Source: Albugo candida
Taxonomy: Eukaryota
Reading direction: 5' to 3'
Assembly: GCA_040437565.1 (NCBI GenBank)
Contig: JBDOQK010000028.1
Location: 248,001 to 312,000 of the forward strand
Length of the DNA: 64,000 nucleotides
In this document: in pieces, positions 62,537-64,000 of the stretch
Layout: every line of letters starts with the position of its first letter
Position numbering within the stretch: the first letter of the stretch is position 1
Translations under genes and position numbers: made by a program
Notes under the pieces: model-generated
The model's input: only the letters and a program-made list of their open reading frames with translations
What the model was told of the DNA's origin: nothing
Database searches by the model: none

Positions 62537-64000
62537 TATGTATGGCTCCAGAAACATCGGTAATACGTCTTTTTATTCTGTAATGGAGAGTTCTCTCGTT
62601 CATAATTGGTCGAGAAGTACCGCGCAGTTTGGTATGCTGACCCGTGATTTATCTTCATACCTGTGTTTCCCACTTGCAGGATGCCTTTCTTCAGTGCACG
62701 CTATCCAGGCAAATCTGTTGTGTTTTCATTGTTCCAGATTATGATACATGAATAATACAACGATTCTTTGTACTTACTAGTAATTTACACGATAGCATAC
62801 GAGGATACGCTTTAGTATGCCTGTCCGGAAACTTGCGTCATATAAAGTCAAGTCATACTTGATTGATTTCAACCAAACGTAATACCGCCGCAAATGCTTC
62901 ACCCTTCGATGCCAGTACATGTGGACCTTAGTCGGTCCCTTGCATCAAGGGTTTCGGCAGAAATAAGCACTTAAATGGTCATCCCTTCTTATCATACTTC
63001 TGAAATATATTCTTCTTTCAACCTTGAAAGACACAGCAAAGTTTGCATCTATTAGTGGAAGACTTACTATATTGGATAATTCCCGGTATGCAAATGTGGT
63101 TTACACGATTTCTGCTCGGTGATAGTTGTATAAAAACGTTTCACCACACGGAACTGCGGAAACTTATTCTAGGCATGCTAATCGACTTGTTGTTCGTACC
63201 GCATCGATCCCTCGAAGAATTCAATTACGATCACCAATCGACAACTCCGATGTATCTTAAAAGAGGACAGTATTCCCTACATGTCAACGCCATCAACGGG
63301 ACAAGATCGATCCGCTGATGAGTTCATGAGACACTTAGGGACGGAACTCCTTCCAGCCTGAAATTTTGAATGCATGTAACCAACACAGATATCTTGGATA
63401 TAAGCTAAATTGTGTGAGATTGTCGGGAATAGGTACCATTTATATTTTTTATCCCATCGTTATACTCATATGGTGCAAGCCAAACATGCACACTTGGATT
63501 CGCCGCCGTTATGATGCTGTTGGAGCCTACGAAACGACACCCCAACGCTAAGAAACGATTGTATGCGCTATATCTGCCTGACAAACTGATGATATGGAAG
63601 TAACGTCAGCGGATAGTGTCCCTTAAGGCTGTACTTTATCTGGAAGTGATTGCTGCAACGCAGATCACGGTACTGATGTGTGTGTACATTNNNNNNNNNN
63701 NNNNNNNNNNNNNNNNNNNNNNNNNNNNNNNNNNNNNNNNNNNNNNNNNNNNNNNNNNNNNNNNNNNNNNNNNNNNNNNNNNNNNNNNNNCCTACATGTC
63801 AACGCCATCAACGGGACAAGATCGATCCGCTGATGAGTTCATGAGACACTTAGGGACGGAACTCCTTCCAGCCTGAAATTTTGAATGCATGTAACCAACA
63901 CAGATATCTTGGATATAAGCTAAATTGTGTGAGATTGTCGGGAATAGGTACCATTTATATTTTTTATCCCATCGTTATACTCATATGGTGCAAGCCAAAC

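Larger units (their letters stand above)
4444..63999. other. Scaffold gaps of 100 N (4660, 12100, 12563, 20623, 25435, 35560, 39709, 41174, 43506, 55334, 62002, 63691), most flanked by identical direct duplications from unmerged contig overlaps
   Basis: For example 4444-4659 reappears at 4760-4975, 11819-12099 at 12200-12480, and about 20220-20622 from 20723 onward. Removing one copy restores continuous ORFs. Confidence 0.9.

Noticed and set aside
63276..64000. Repeat at the window end
   Set aside because: The sequence after the gap at 63691-63790 restarts at about 63276, which is a contig-overlap artefact.

Overview
Eukaryotic scaffold with short GT-AG introns and twelve 100-N gaps, most likely from a flagellated oomycete. 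The very compact spacing and an IFT172 gene suggest Albugo; this is inference, not a lookup. Bases 1-36,550 are gene-dense: a truncated gene with a mitochondrial-type N-terminus, NDUFAF5-like methyltransferase, EH-PX-BAR sorting nexin, AFG2/SPATA5-family AAA ATPase, Mpv17/PMP22, adenosine kinase, SHAQKYF-class Myb, IFT172, two head-to-head MBOAT paralogs, a PX protein, an ER DnaJ-thioredoxin protein, an R3H-DEAH helicase, a two-repeat cyclic-nucleotide K+ channel, RPL24, an ANK-FYVE-TPR protein and a cyclophilin. Bases ~36,600-54,000 are gene-sparse and decayed. They hold a ~1 kb-arm inverted repeat, small repeats, a CpG-poor Tc1/IS630-type transposase relic and possible secreted-protein pseudogenes. 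The end of the window has a WD40-like gene, a near-perfect 201-bp hairpin and a CAMK/SNF1-like kinase with a KA1-like tail. Most N-gaps are flanked by duplicated sequence, which is an assembly artefact. No prokaryotic system or CRISPR array is present. The best leads are the asymmetric two-repeat channel, the hairpin, the transposase relic, the EH-PX-BAR architecture and the IFT172/MBOAT overlap.
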